DNA of 61,196 nt, the filler included. It is 5 parts of 5 records of this genome, joined end to end, with 100 filler letters (N's around TTAATTAATTAA, not from the genome) between each part and the next. Parts side by side here need not be neighbours in the genome. Positions count along the whole stretch, not along the records: positions 44,965 to 53,167 come from SRR31156797_26669; positions 53,268 to 61,196 come from SRR31156797_26696; 3 more parts are not named here. One strand, written 5' to 3'. The notes below the pieces were generated by a model. The model saw only the letters and a program-made list of their open reading frames with translations, was not told the origin of the DNA and did no database searches. Position numbers and translations under genes: made by a program. Below, one piece after another: positions 52,693-61,196 of the stretch (positions within the stretch are counted from its first letter, which is position 1; every line of letters starts with the position of its first letter).

Positions 52693-52799
52693 TCGGCCGC
52701 GCCCACCTATTGTCAAACAGGGTTGGCCACGCCCCATCCGGCAGCACGGACAAGCAACCGAACCGAAGCCGTCTGATTGGGCGAAACGGATTGATACGC

Positions 52800-53167
52800 A
52801 TGACCGCCGAACGATCCTTCAGGAAGGAAGTCGAACTGCTTCGTCTGGGCAATGGCGAAGCCTTCTGGGGCGAGGGAATCCTCGCCGTCACCAAGGCCTT
52901 GCTGCAATCGGGCATCGCCTATGTCGGCGGCTATCAAGGGGCGCCGGTTTCCCATCTGATCGACGTGCTGGTTGATGCCGAACCGTTGATGAAGGAATTG
53001 GGCATTCACGTCGAAACCTGTTCCAACGAGGCTTCGGCGGCGGCCATGCTGGGGGCCTCGGTCAACTATCCCTTGCGCGGCGCCGTCACCTGGAAATCCA
53101 TCGTCGGCACCAACGTCGCCGCCGACGGCCTTTCGAACCTGGCCTCGCCCGGTGTCATCGGCGGAGC
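52800..53167 (+). CDS. Indolepyruvate:ferredoxin oxidoreductase family alpha subunit, 5' part
   Basis: MTAERSF...GEGILAVTKALLQSG...GGYQGAP...NEASAAA...WKSIVGTNVAAD; cut by the linker. Confidence 0.8.
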
Positions 53168-53267
53168 NNNNNNNNNNNNNNNNNNNNNNNNNNNNNNNNN
53201 NNNNNNNNNNNTTAATTAATTAANNNNNNNNNNNNNNNNNNNNNNNNNNNNNNNNNNNNNNNNNNNN
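53168..53267. other. Artificial contig linker
   Basis: N-run + TTAATTAATTAA + N-run. Confidence 0.98.
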
Positions 53268-53268
53268 C

Positions 53269-53365
53269 CCGTAGCATCGGCTTCCAGCCGATGAAGTCTG
53301 TAGCTTGGGTAACTTGCCCATGGTAAGAATGACAAAGACCCGTGGCATGGGCTTCCAGCCCATGC
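53269..53365 (+). repeat. Two GTAG/GTGG-type REP hairpins
   Basis: GTAG-CATCGGC-TTCCA-GCCGATG and GTGG-CATGGGC-TTCCA-GCCCATG. Confidence 0.75.
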
Positions 53366-53408
53366 AGAATGGATCAACGATAATTCACCCAGACAGGAGT
53401 CGCGTCGT

Positions 53409-54131
53409 ATGGCCGAATACAAACCGGAGCCATTCAACCTGACCGTTTTCTACCCGTGCTACAACGAAGAAGCCAACGTCGAAACCACGACGGAGAAGGC
53501 ACTGAAAATGTGCCGCCGCGTCTGCGATGATTTCGAAGTCATCATCGTCAACGACGGAAGCAAAGACCGCACCGGTGAAATCGCCGACTCCCTCGCAGAA
53601 AAATACCCCGAAGTCAAAGCCGTCCACAACAATCCCAACCGCGGGTACGGCGGCGCCCTCCAGCGCGGCTTTAACGAAGCGACGAAAGACTGGATCTTCT
53701 ACACCGACGGCGACGGCCAGTTCGACTTTGAAGAGATCGATCTCCTCATCCCTCTCCTGAAAGACTGGGACATCGTCAGCGCCTACCGTCTCGACCGCAA
53801 AGATCCGATCATTCGCAAACTCAATGCGTTCTGCTGGACGACCCTGGTCAACACGGTATTCCACATGCGCATCCGCGATATTGATGGTGCATTCAAAATC
53901 TTCCCGCGGGAACTGTTCACGAAAATCGAAATGTGGTCCACCGGTGCCCTCATCGACACCGAAATCCTCGCCAAAGCCACCCGCCTCGGCTACCGCATCG
54001 GCCAGGTAGGCGTTCATCACTACCCCAGAACCGCAGGCGAACAGACCGGAGCCAACATCAAAGTCATCCTCCGCGCCTTCCGCGAACTCTTCCAACTCAG
54101 AAAGCGAATTCTCAAACAAAGCAAAGAGTAG
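53409..54131 (+). CDS. Glycosyltransferase family 2 (DPM1-like)
   Basis: PCYNEE, VNDGSKDRT, NRGYGGAL, TDGDGQ. Confidence 0.93.
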   Translation: MAEYKPEPFNLTVFYPCYNEEANVETTTEKALKMCRRVCDDFEVIIVNDGSKDRTGEIADSLAEKYPEVKAVHNNPNRGYGGALQRGFNEATKDWIFYTDGDGQFDFEEIDLLIPLLKDWDIVSAYRLDRKDPIIRKLNAFCWTTLVNTVFHMRIRDIDGAFKIFPRELFTKIEMWSTGALIDTEILAKATRLGYRIGQVGVHHYPRTAGEQTGANIKVILRAFRELFQLRKRILKQSKE

Positions 54132-54148
54132 AATACGAACCCAACCGA

Positions 54149-54316
54149 CCGTGGCACTGGCTTCCAGCCAGTGCAGACCCTCTGAACCTCATACACCCAT
54201 TCAAACCTCAGACAATCAATACCTTCTCAACCCAGCGAAACGAAACAATCCCGTTAATCTTGATAATCCTGTCTACTCCTCTTCCGGATAAGCTCTGGAT
54301 ACAGCCCCCCGCCAGC
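54149..54316 (+). repeat. ~170-bp REP-headed dispersed repeat, copy 1
   Basis: Aligns without gaps over 152 bp to 55755-55906 with about 19 mismatches by hand count. Confidence 0.88.
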
Positions 54317-54368
54317 ACTTAATGCCTATTGCCTACATGACTAATGCCTTATTCCTCCCTGTAAAACC

Positions 54369-54405
54369 AAAAAAAGCCTGGAGAGTTGATCTCCCGGCTT
54401 TTTTT
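54369..54405. terminator. Bidirectional intrinsic terminator
   Basis: AAAAAAAGCCTGGAGAGTTGATCTCCCGGCTTTTTTT. Confidence 0.85.
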
Positions 54406-54780
54406 GAGGCAATTGCTCTCGGGCACCGACTCGCTGCAAGTCGGTCATACACCCTTACCACAGAGGAGTAGATAGTGCGATTCTGTCATTGAAGAGCAAC
54501 TGACCCATCCCTGCCCATTCAGATTTTCAGCCAGCCTTGTCTTGGACTCGAGCAAGAGTCCGACCGGTGCTTTCTGAACCCATCCGAGCATCTTCATGGG
54601 CACCATCCCAGCAACAAGCGGTACCCATCCGCTTACCCATCCCAGGAACGATCTTTCGAACCTGTCAGGTCCATCCCAGCAAAACCTGAGAGGTAGAAGG
54701 CAAAAACACAGTCGCTCATTCAACGCAATGAGCAAAAATAACCATCCCAGTCATCTTTAACACACTGCACACGTCACGCA
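54369..54780 (-). ncRNA. Candidate CsrB/Rsm-like small RNA with seven GGAUGG motifs
   Basis: CCATCC on + at 54505, 54580, 54603, 54625, 54637, 54671, 54742; short hairpins between them; terminator at the 3' end; no credible ORF. The 5' end is an estimate. Confidence 0.5.
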
Positions 54781-55238
54781 CCAGTACATATACACTCCGT
54801 GTGCCAGTTGAGAAAAATTCAACAGTCCCAGCGGGATTTTATGTAAACTCATAGTTTAAAATGAATTATAATGGAAAAAACAAATTATCTATTTTAACAC
54901 TTAACAAAAGGAACCCAAACAGGTGGCTCAAAACGGCCACCTGCCTCCTGAACCCGTACAGTCTGGCTCAATCCGGCCACCAGTAGATCTGTTTTATACC
55001 CCCATATCTGACCCGAAAACAAAGGTGAAAAAGAGGTCAAAAGGGCAAATCCCTGCTTCGAAAGGATTCCAAAGTGCAGCACGTCACCCTTCATACTCCG
55101 CGGTTTCGTGTCAGGGATGAGTATGCTACATCCCCTGAGACGTGTTCCCTGGATTCCCCTTTCAGCGACAGCCCCTTCCGCCTCTCCTGCCATGCTAGTC
55201 GAACAAATCGAAATGAATTACACTCCAACCAGGTGAAA

Positions 55239-55688
55239 ATGAATCAGCCCACCACGGAGAAACGCATGCTGTTTTCCCTTGATCGAACTCGCAAACGAGC
55301 CCTCCTCATCAGCTTCCTGTTGATCTCTCTCGGAATAACCGGCTGCAGCCGGATCGTCTGGCGACCGGACCTCGGCGGAGCATACGATCTAGCCGCAAGA
55401 GAAAACCGAATCGTGATTGTCGCCTACTGGTCGGCTCTCAACTCCGATTGCATCGATATGGAATCCAAGGTATTCACCTCTTCCGATGTGTATAGCACCA
55501 TGGCCGGAACAGTCCCTGTCAGGCTCGATTCAATGACCAATAAAAAATGGGCACAACAGGTAGGTGTCAGCAGGGTTCCCTCTTTTGTTGCCATTGCGCC
55601 GGACGGCAGAATCCTCCGAACCCACGAAGGCTTCCTTGATGAACCCGCATTCCGAGCATTCGTAGTCGCCTCAAAAATGGCCAAGTAA
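55239..55688 (+). CDS. Thioredoxin-fold lipoprotein lacking the full CxxC
   Basis: Lipobox ITGC, IVIVAYWSALNSDC, GVSRVPSFV (cis-Pro), EGFLD. Confidence 0.75.
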   Translation: MNQPTTEKRMLFSLDRTRKRALLISFLLISLGITGCSRIVWRPDLGGAYDLAARENRIVIVAYWSALNSDCIDMESKVFTSSDVYSTMAGTVPVRLDSMTNKKWAQQVGVSRVPSFVAIAPDGRILRTHEGFLDEPAFRAFVVASKMAK

Positions 55689-55754
55689 TCACGAGACTCT
55701 CGAACGAAAACCCGATAACTGTTTTTCTCTTCCTGTTAACAGGAAACACCACAT

Positions 55755-55925
55755 CCGTAGCACTGGCTTTCAGCCAGTGTAAACCAACTGAACCTCGCAT
55801 ATCCATTCAAACCCCAGACAATCAGTCCCTTTTCAAACCAGCGAAGCGAAACAATCCCGTTAATCTTGTGAATCCTGTCTACTCCTCTTCCGGATAAGAT
55901 CTGGATGCAGACTCCCCGCGCCAGC
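55755..55925 (+). repeat. ~170-bp REP-headed dispersed repeat, copy 2
   Basis: Homologous to 54149-54316. Confidence 0.88.
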
Positions 55926-55955
55926 CTTCTGTCTCCTCCTGGTCGCGAAGCGACC

Positions 55956-55990
55956 AAAAAAAACCAGGTCGCTCAAAGTGAGCGACCCGG
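55956..55990 (-). terminator. Terminator of the PEP-CTERM gene
   Basis: Minus strand CCGGGTCGCTCAC-TT-TGAGCGACCTGG followed by T8. Confidence 0.8.
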
Positions 55991-56023
55991 CTTAACACAC
56001 TATTGATTGTTTCGTCTCTTGCC

Positions 56024-56716
56024 TTACTTGCGACGACGAGCGAAACCGAGAGCACCAGCACCGAGGCCACCGATCAGCAGCATCGTTGAGGGTTCGGGAA
56101 CTTCGTGGATCTTGCCACCGAAGTACGAGAAGTCTCCTGGCAGAAGGTTGTAGTCAGGGCTGATTGAACTGACCAGGGTCAGACCGTAGCCTTCAGCTAC
56201 ACCGTAACCGTCGAGCACAACACCGAACTCGCCAATCTGGCTGTAGGTTGCACTCTTGACGTGCAGGTCCACTTCAAAGATCGGGGTAACCGTATCGCGA
56301 GCAACCGTGACACCGTAGTCACCGCTGGCAACGCGTTCGAACAGGCCATCGACTGCAATCACGTCGTGACTGGAGTTCGGGAAATCCTGTCCTTCAAAAT
56401 TCGAGGTTGCCCAGCCTTCACCAAGGCTGCGCATGTTTTCTACCTGCATGACCGTGTTGTCATAAGCAAAGCTGAACGTCAGTTGTTCTGCGTAGTAGTT
56501 CAGTTTGTCGATGCTGACATAAACACCGAACTGAACAGTCAGAACATCAGAGCGTTCACCTTCAAGCGTGGGAACAGCGAGTTCACCAGTATCAGGATTG
56601 ATTACACCCACTGCGTAATCAACACCCGTCAGGTCAATCGGTGTCCAGGAATCTGCGGCCATTGCCGGAGCAAAACTGAAAGCAACCAGCAAAGCACATC
56701 CAAGTAGCTTCCTCAT
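56024..56716 (-). CDS. PEP-CTERM sorting-domain protein
   Basis: Signal peptide; C-terminal VPEPSTMLLIGGLGAGALGFARRRK. Confidence 0.93.
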   Translation of the reverse strand: MRKLLGCALLVAFSFAPAMAADSWTPIDLTGVDYAVGVINPDTGELAVPTLEGERSDVLTVQFGVYVSIDKLNYYAEQLTFSFAYDNTVMQVENMRSLGEGWATSNFEGQDFPNSSHDVIAVDGLFERVASGDYGVTVARDTVTPIFEVDLHVKSATYSQIGEFGVVLDGYGVAEGYGLTLVSSISPDYNLLPGDFSYFGGKIHEVPEPSTMLLIGGLGAGALGFARRRK

Positions 56717-57513
56717 TCATATCCTCCTCATGTTAGGCGAAGTAAAGCGAATGCCTTCCTCCACAATCTGAAGAAACTGGAAATAGACATTCCCCCATCC
56801 CGTTGGATTGGCTACTGTTTCCTACGTTACATCCAGGGGGCCGGTACTTGTCTCTCACCACTGATTGCTTCCGAGTCTCAGCGTTGCTGCTACCTTTCGC
56901 TATTGTGATGTCGGCACCTCACCGACAACACCGACCGAAAGCAACAGAAATAAGAGTAACCGGTATTTCCACTAAACACTTGTTCATTCTACAAAAAGAG
57001 AGATGCTGATAGATAAGTTCTATCGATCCCAGCACACTCCCAATCCCTTCCATCCCGCCGACGTTGCCATCGACTTGGCATCTGATGCCTTACTACACAC
57101 TATACAGGCTTCACCCACCCAATCCAAGTCACTTTTACAACACGTGTTCATGATTTCCCCCTCAGAGTCCAATATCAGATCCGGAAATACACGAACTTAC
57201 ACAATCTTCATCTCCATCCATTACTCCGGAAAAACAGGTCCGATAAGAGTATCGAGATTCAATATTGAGAATGGTTTGTGTGATTGGCCCATACAGGGAA
57301 CCTGCCGATTTCTTCTTGAACAGAAAAGCATATTTAGTACAATTGTAAAAACAAATATTTCTTCAGAACGGGCAGGAATCTGAGGATGAGGACAGGGTAA
57401 GGGCCGAATATCTATCGTCAGTTGGGATCGAAGCTACATCACCGAAAATATCTCGGCTGGGTGGGATGCTACCAGCGATCCTGAGTCGATTACGTCATTT
57501 GGAAAGGGTCACC

Positions 57514-60500
57514 ATGACGACATCAGTTCATCATCTCATTCGTTCTATAGCAATAATTGTCACTTTTGTTGCTGTCACCTCGAGCAGCGCAGCGGTCTGG
57601 TATGTCTCAGACGATGCCACCCCCGGCGGTGATGGCACTTCCTGGCCATCTGCCTTCGACACCATCCAGGCCGGCATCGACGCCGCGTCCGATGGTGACA
57701 CCGTCGAGCTCGCCGATGGTACCTACACGGGAAAAGGCAACCGTGACATTTCCTTCTACGGAAAAGCGATCACCGTCCGCAGCCAGAACGGCCCCCATGC
57801 CTGCTTGATCAATTGCCAGGGAACGAAGGCCGATATGCATCGCGGTTTTCTCTTTGATTCCGGTGAAACATCGACATCCATCCTCGAAGGGATAACGATC
57901 TTTAATGGATACCATCAGACAGGCGGAGCCATCTATGCAAACAATACCTCTCCGACTATTTTGAATTGTATCTTCACGGACAATCAGGCCAGCGGACCGG
58001 GAGGTGCGATCAGTTGCGAATCGTCTTCATCTCCATATCTGAAGAATTGCGTCCTGATGAAAAACAAGGCCGAGACCGGAGGAGCCATCCATTGTTTCAA
58101 TAACTCCTCGCCGACTCTTTCGCACTGCACGATTACGTCAAACAGATGCTTCTGGAAAGGCTCCGCGATCAACAGCTGCTACAATTCTCCTCTTGAACTG
58201 ACCAACTGCATCATCTGGTCCAACCAGGAAGGCGATGTCGCAGCAATCAGTCATGATAACAACTCCGAACCTGGCATTCTGTACTCAGACATTCAGGGAG
58301 GCTGGCAGGGAGAAGGAAATATTAACGCGGATCCCCGATTCGCCATCGATGGAGCAGACCTTCACCTGGCGGCAGACTCCCCCTGCATCAACAGCGGTTC
58401 CCCTTCACAGATCACGCTCGACATCGAAAACAGTTTTCGGGCAGGCGCGATGCCTGATATGGGAGCGTACGAGTACGACCCGACTGAATCATCGATCATC
58501 GCCTTATCATCGACATATGCCAGAATCATTGACCCGTTCGGCTCCGATGAACCTTCCATCTGGCAGGTTCACCTGAAAAATCGCGCTTCAGGCACCCTGA
58601 CCTGGCACGCAACAGCTGACGCTGACTGGCTCGTGCTCGATCCGGCTTCAGGACAATCAATGGGTCAGCCTGAACCCATTACCTTCTCTGCGGATTCAAC
58701 CCAGCTGATTGCCGGCAACCACACGGCAACCATCACGATTTACGATTCAACATCATCAGCCTTGTTGAGCACCATTCATGTAGACTATTTCAAAGGGACT
58801 GAACATATAGTCAATGCCGAAGGCACAGCCGACTACCCCTCAATACAAGCCGCTATCGATGCGTCCCTTCCGGGTGACCAGGTCACCTGTCTGCCAGGTG
58901 TCTACTCCGGTACAGGCAACCGGGACATCGACTTCCAGGGAAAATCCATAACCCTCAAAGGATTAGAGGGTCCAAGTCGAACGATCATCAACTGTACTTC
59001 GTTTGATGAAATCGATCACTCCGGAATCGTGTTCATCAATAACGAAACATCCGCCTCCATCTTTGATGGCTTCACAATCACCGGAGTAACAGGCGAAGCG
59101 TCTGCCGTTCACTGCGAACAATCCAATCCAACAATCACGAACTGTATCATCCGCGAAAACAACATCAAAAATCATGGAGGAGCAAGACCAGGCCAGGCAC
59201 CGAGAAAAGGTGTAGTATACATCTCTCAGGCGTCGCCATCCGTCACAGATACGATCATCACGAAAAATCAGGCAATTTATGGAGGAGGAATCACTTCCGT
59301 TTCTTCTGCTACACCTTCTATCACGAATTGTGTGATTGTAGAGAATACTGCTGATGAGGGTGGTGGAGGAATGTCTGTTTTTAATTCTGAACCATCAGTA
59401 ACAAACTGCATTATCAGGAATCAGAGTACTTCCGAAATATACAATTCCTCCTCTGACCTAGTATTTACGTGGTGCAATATTCTGGGAGGCGAGGGTGCTT
59501 CCTGGTTTGGATCAGGTTGTATTGACACGGATCCCTTGTTTGCATACCCCGCATGTTTCTATTTGACGCCTGCTTCTCCTTGTATTGATGCAGGAACAAA
59601 TACACCGGCAGGAGGGTTGCCCGGTTATGATCTGGACGGCAATCCTCGTCCCGTTGATGGAAATGGTGACTCTATCCTGACCGCTGACATGGGTGTTTAC
59701 GAGTATGATCCGGACTATCCTGTAATTGCTGTTGAATTCCCTGAAGTTACTTTTTATTCGATCCTGGGAGATGCCAGTCCTGCAGGAAAAACAATATCCC
59801 TCAAAAACGCAGGCAGTGGAACCCTGGACTGGTCCATCACAACCGACGCCTCCTGGTTGTCTGCCTCTCCGGCAGCGGGGAGTTCCTCAGGTGAAGATAG
59901 AACGGCCACAATCAACGTCGACAGCACCGGACTTGCGGCTGGTCATCACACGGCTTCACTGAGAATATCAGATGCCCTGGCGATCAATTCACCACAGTGG
60001 CTGACGGTACATCTACTCATTGGTAGAACAATCCGCGTCCCGGAGGACTACCCCACAATCCAGCAAGCTATCGACGCGGCAACAGTCCCCGGAGAAACAG
60101 TAGAAATCGCTGACGGAACCTGGACAGGCCCGGAAAACAAAAACCTCGATTTCAAAGGAAAAGCTATCACGGTCCGAAGCGCCTCAGGAAATCCGCACCT
60201 TTGCATTATTGATTGCGAACAGGATGGCCGGGGTTTCTATTTCCACAATGGTGAAGGACCACAATCTATTGTAGATGGACTGTCTATTGTGCATGGCTTC
60301 GTTGATTTCGAAAACCAGGAAATTGTTTCTGGTGGAGGAATCTGTTGTATGGAGACAAGTCCGACTATTCAAAACTGCATCTTTCGCGATTCCAGGGTAA
60401 CATGTAACGAATATCCGGGCTGGTATGCAAGTGGTGGTGGAATTTTTTGTTACTCTTCAAGTTCTCGAATCCAGAACTGTGTTTTCGAAGGGAACAATGT

Positions 60501-61196
60501 TGGTGGCAATTATAATCGTGGAGGTGCAGGTTTTGCCTGTGATGCTTCCGATACAATACTGGAGGGCTGTGTTTTTCGAAACAACTTCACATCGAACAGA
60601 GGGGGAGCTATTTATAATTACGACTCGTACCTTACTGTCACTGACTGCTTTTTTAAAAATAATGAGTCGGGAAGTGGAGGGGCTATTTTTAATTACTTTA
60701 CGGATCTGGTGATTCAGAATGGCTGGTTCGAAAAGAACGAAAGTCAATACAGCGGCGGTGCCATAGCCAATGATAGTTGGGTAACTGCTGCGATCAAAAA
60801 TTGCGCTTTTTTAGAGAATAACTCATGGTACAGAGGTGGCGCAGTAGATAACGATAACAACTGCAGCCCGATCTTCACGAACTGTGTGTTCCGCAACAAC
60901 ACGGCAGATGAAGGCGGTGCAATGTATGACACCGATATCAGCTTCCCGGTGATTACGAACTGCATCATGTGGGGAGGATCATTACCGCAGATTGTTCACC
61001 CGTCTTCGATGCCGACCGTAACGTATTCGAATATCCAGGGAGGATCTGGCGAAAACTGGTTCCAGACAGGGTGTATTGATACCGATCCACTATTTGCGAC
61101 TGACGACAGCCTGTATCTTCTTCCCCAATCTCCATGTATCGATACGGGTACAAACACCCCGTATAACAGCGAACTCCCGGCGACAGATCTGGACGG
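57514..61196 (+). CDS. Large secreted right-handed beta-helix repeat protein with BACON-like domains; runs off the window end
   Basis: Hand translation from ATG 57514: signal peptide, then three modules beginning (T/S)IQxxIDA...GxGN(R/K)xxxFxGKxIT, with GGAI/NC repeats and DPxF...SPCI; the first two end DMGxYE. No in-frame stop seen. Confidence 0.9.
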   Translation, partial: MTTSVHHLIRSIAIIVTFVAVTSSSAAVWYVSDDATPGGDGTSWPSAFDTIQAGIDAASDGDTVELADGTYTGKGNRDISFYGKAITVRSQNGPHACLINCQGTKADMHRGFLFDSGETSTSILEGITIFNGYHQTGGAIYANNTSPTILNCIFTDNQASGPGGAISCESSSSPYLKNCVLMKNKAETGGAIHCFNNSSPTLSHCTITSNRCFWKGSAINSCYNSPLELTNCIIWSNQEGDVAAISHDNNSEPGILYSDIQGGWQGEGNINADPRFAIDGADLHLAADSPCINSGSPSQITLDIENSFRAGAMPDMGAYEYDPTESSIIALSSTYARIIDPFGSDEPSIWQVHLKNRASGTLTWHATADADWLVLDPASGQSMGQPEPITFSADSTQLIAGNHTATITIYDSTSSALLSTIHVDYFKGTEHIVNAEGTADYPSIQAAIDASLPGDQVTCLPGVYSGTGNRDIDFQGKSITLKGLEGPSRTIINCTSFDEIDHSGIVFINNETSASIFDGFTITGVTGEASAVHCEQSNPTITNCIIRENNIKNHGGARPGQAPRKGVVYISQASPSVTDTIITKNQAIYGGGITSVSSATPSITNCVIVENTADEGGGGMSVFNSEPSVTNCIIRNQSTSEIYNSSSDLVFTWCNILGGEGASWFGSGCIDTDPLFAYPACFYLTPASPCIDAGTNTPAGGLPGYDLDGNPRPVDGNGDSILTADMGVYEYDPDYPVIAVEFPEVTFYSILGDASPAGKTISLKNAGSGTLDWSITTDASWLSASPAAGSSSGEDRTATINVDSTGLAAGHHTASLRISDALAINSPQWLTVHLLIGRTIRVPEDYPTIQQAIDAATVPGETVEIADGTWTGPENKNLDFKGKAITVRSASGNPHLCIIDCEQDGRGFYFHNGEGPQSIVDGLSIVHGFVDFENQEIVSGGGICCMETSPTIQNCIFRDSRVTCNEYPGWYASGGGIFCYSSSSRIQNCVFEGNNVGGNYNRGGAGFACDASDTILEGCVFRNNFTSNRGGAIYNYDSYLTVTDCFFKNNESGSGGAIFNYFTDLVIQNGWFEKNESQYSGGAIANDSWVTAAIKNCAFLENNSWYRGGAVDNDNNCSPIFTNCVFRNNTADEGGAMYDTDISFPVITNCIMWGGSLPQIVHPSSMPTVTYSNIQGGSGENWFQTGCIDTDPLFATDDSLYLLPQSPCIDTGTNTPYNSELPATDLD

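Noticed and set aside
26580-53223. Recurrent TTAATTAATTAA as a biological repeat
   Set aside because: Always centred in N-runs of fixed length; it is a six-frame-stop assembly linker.
54445-54735. 96-aa ORF with GW repeats
   Set aside because: No recognisable domain and a weak start; the GW and GM residues arise from the GGATGG nucleotide motif, which also occurs in other frames and outside the ORF.
54505-54747. CRISPR array
   Set aside because: Repeats are only 6-12 bp with irregular spacing, and there are no cas genes.
54149-55925. DGR template/variable repeat pair
   Set aside because: Mismatches are not adenine-specific, both copies are non-coding and no reverse transcriptase is present.

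Overview
The window is five unrelated contigs joined by 100-bp artificial linkers (N-runs around TTAATTAATTAA), so gene context is valid only within a segment. Taxonomic guesses below come from gene content and GC, not from a search. Segment 1 (1-26535) is core genome of a sulfate reducer, probably Desulfobulbales-like: lptD, mltA, pyrK-pyrD-aroD-aroE-aroA, pilD, dsrT-dsrMKJOP, a tail-specific protease, yedF, hisA and partial fusA. Segment 2 (26636-33055, Desulfovibrionaceae-like) has the groEL tail and an osmC-like/lpdA/gcvH/lipA operon behind a sigma-54 promoter with three palindromic upstream sites. Segment 3 (33156-44864) has a creatinase/EamA/ABC-importer/LysR/ureohydrolase cluster, a frameshifted ABM gene and a MITE. 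Segment 4 (44965-53167, high-GC alphaproteobacterium-like) has a protocatechuate/gallate 4,5-cleavage operon whose promoter motif recurs in front of an IOR-family gene. Segment 5 (53268-61196, possibly Planctomycetota/PVC) has REP repeats, a ~400-nt non-coding unit with seven GGAUGG motifs (candidate CsrB-like sRNA), a PEP-CTERM protein and a >1200-aa modular beta-helix protein missing from the ORF track. Best novelty candidates: the stand-alone lipoyl-relay/OsmC operon, the GGAUGG-repeat RNA and the shared lig/IOR promoter.
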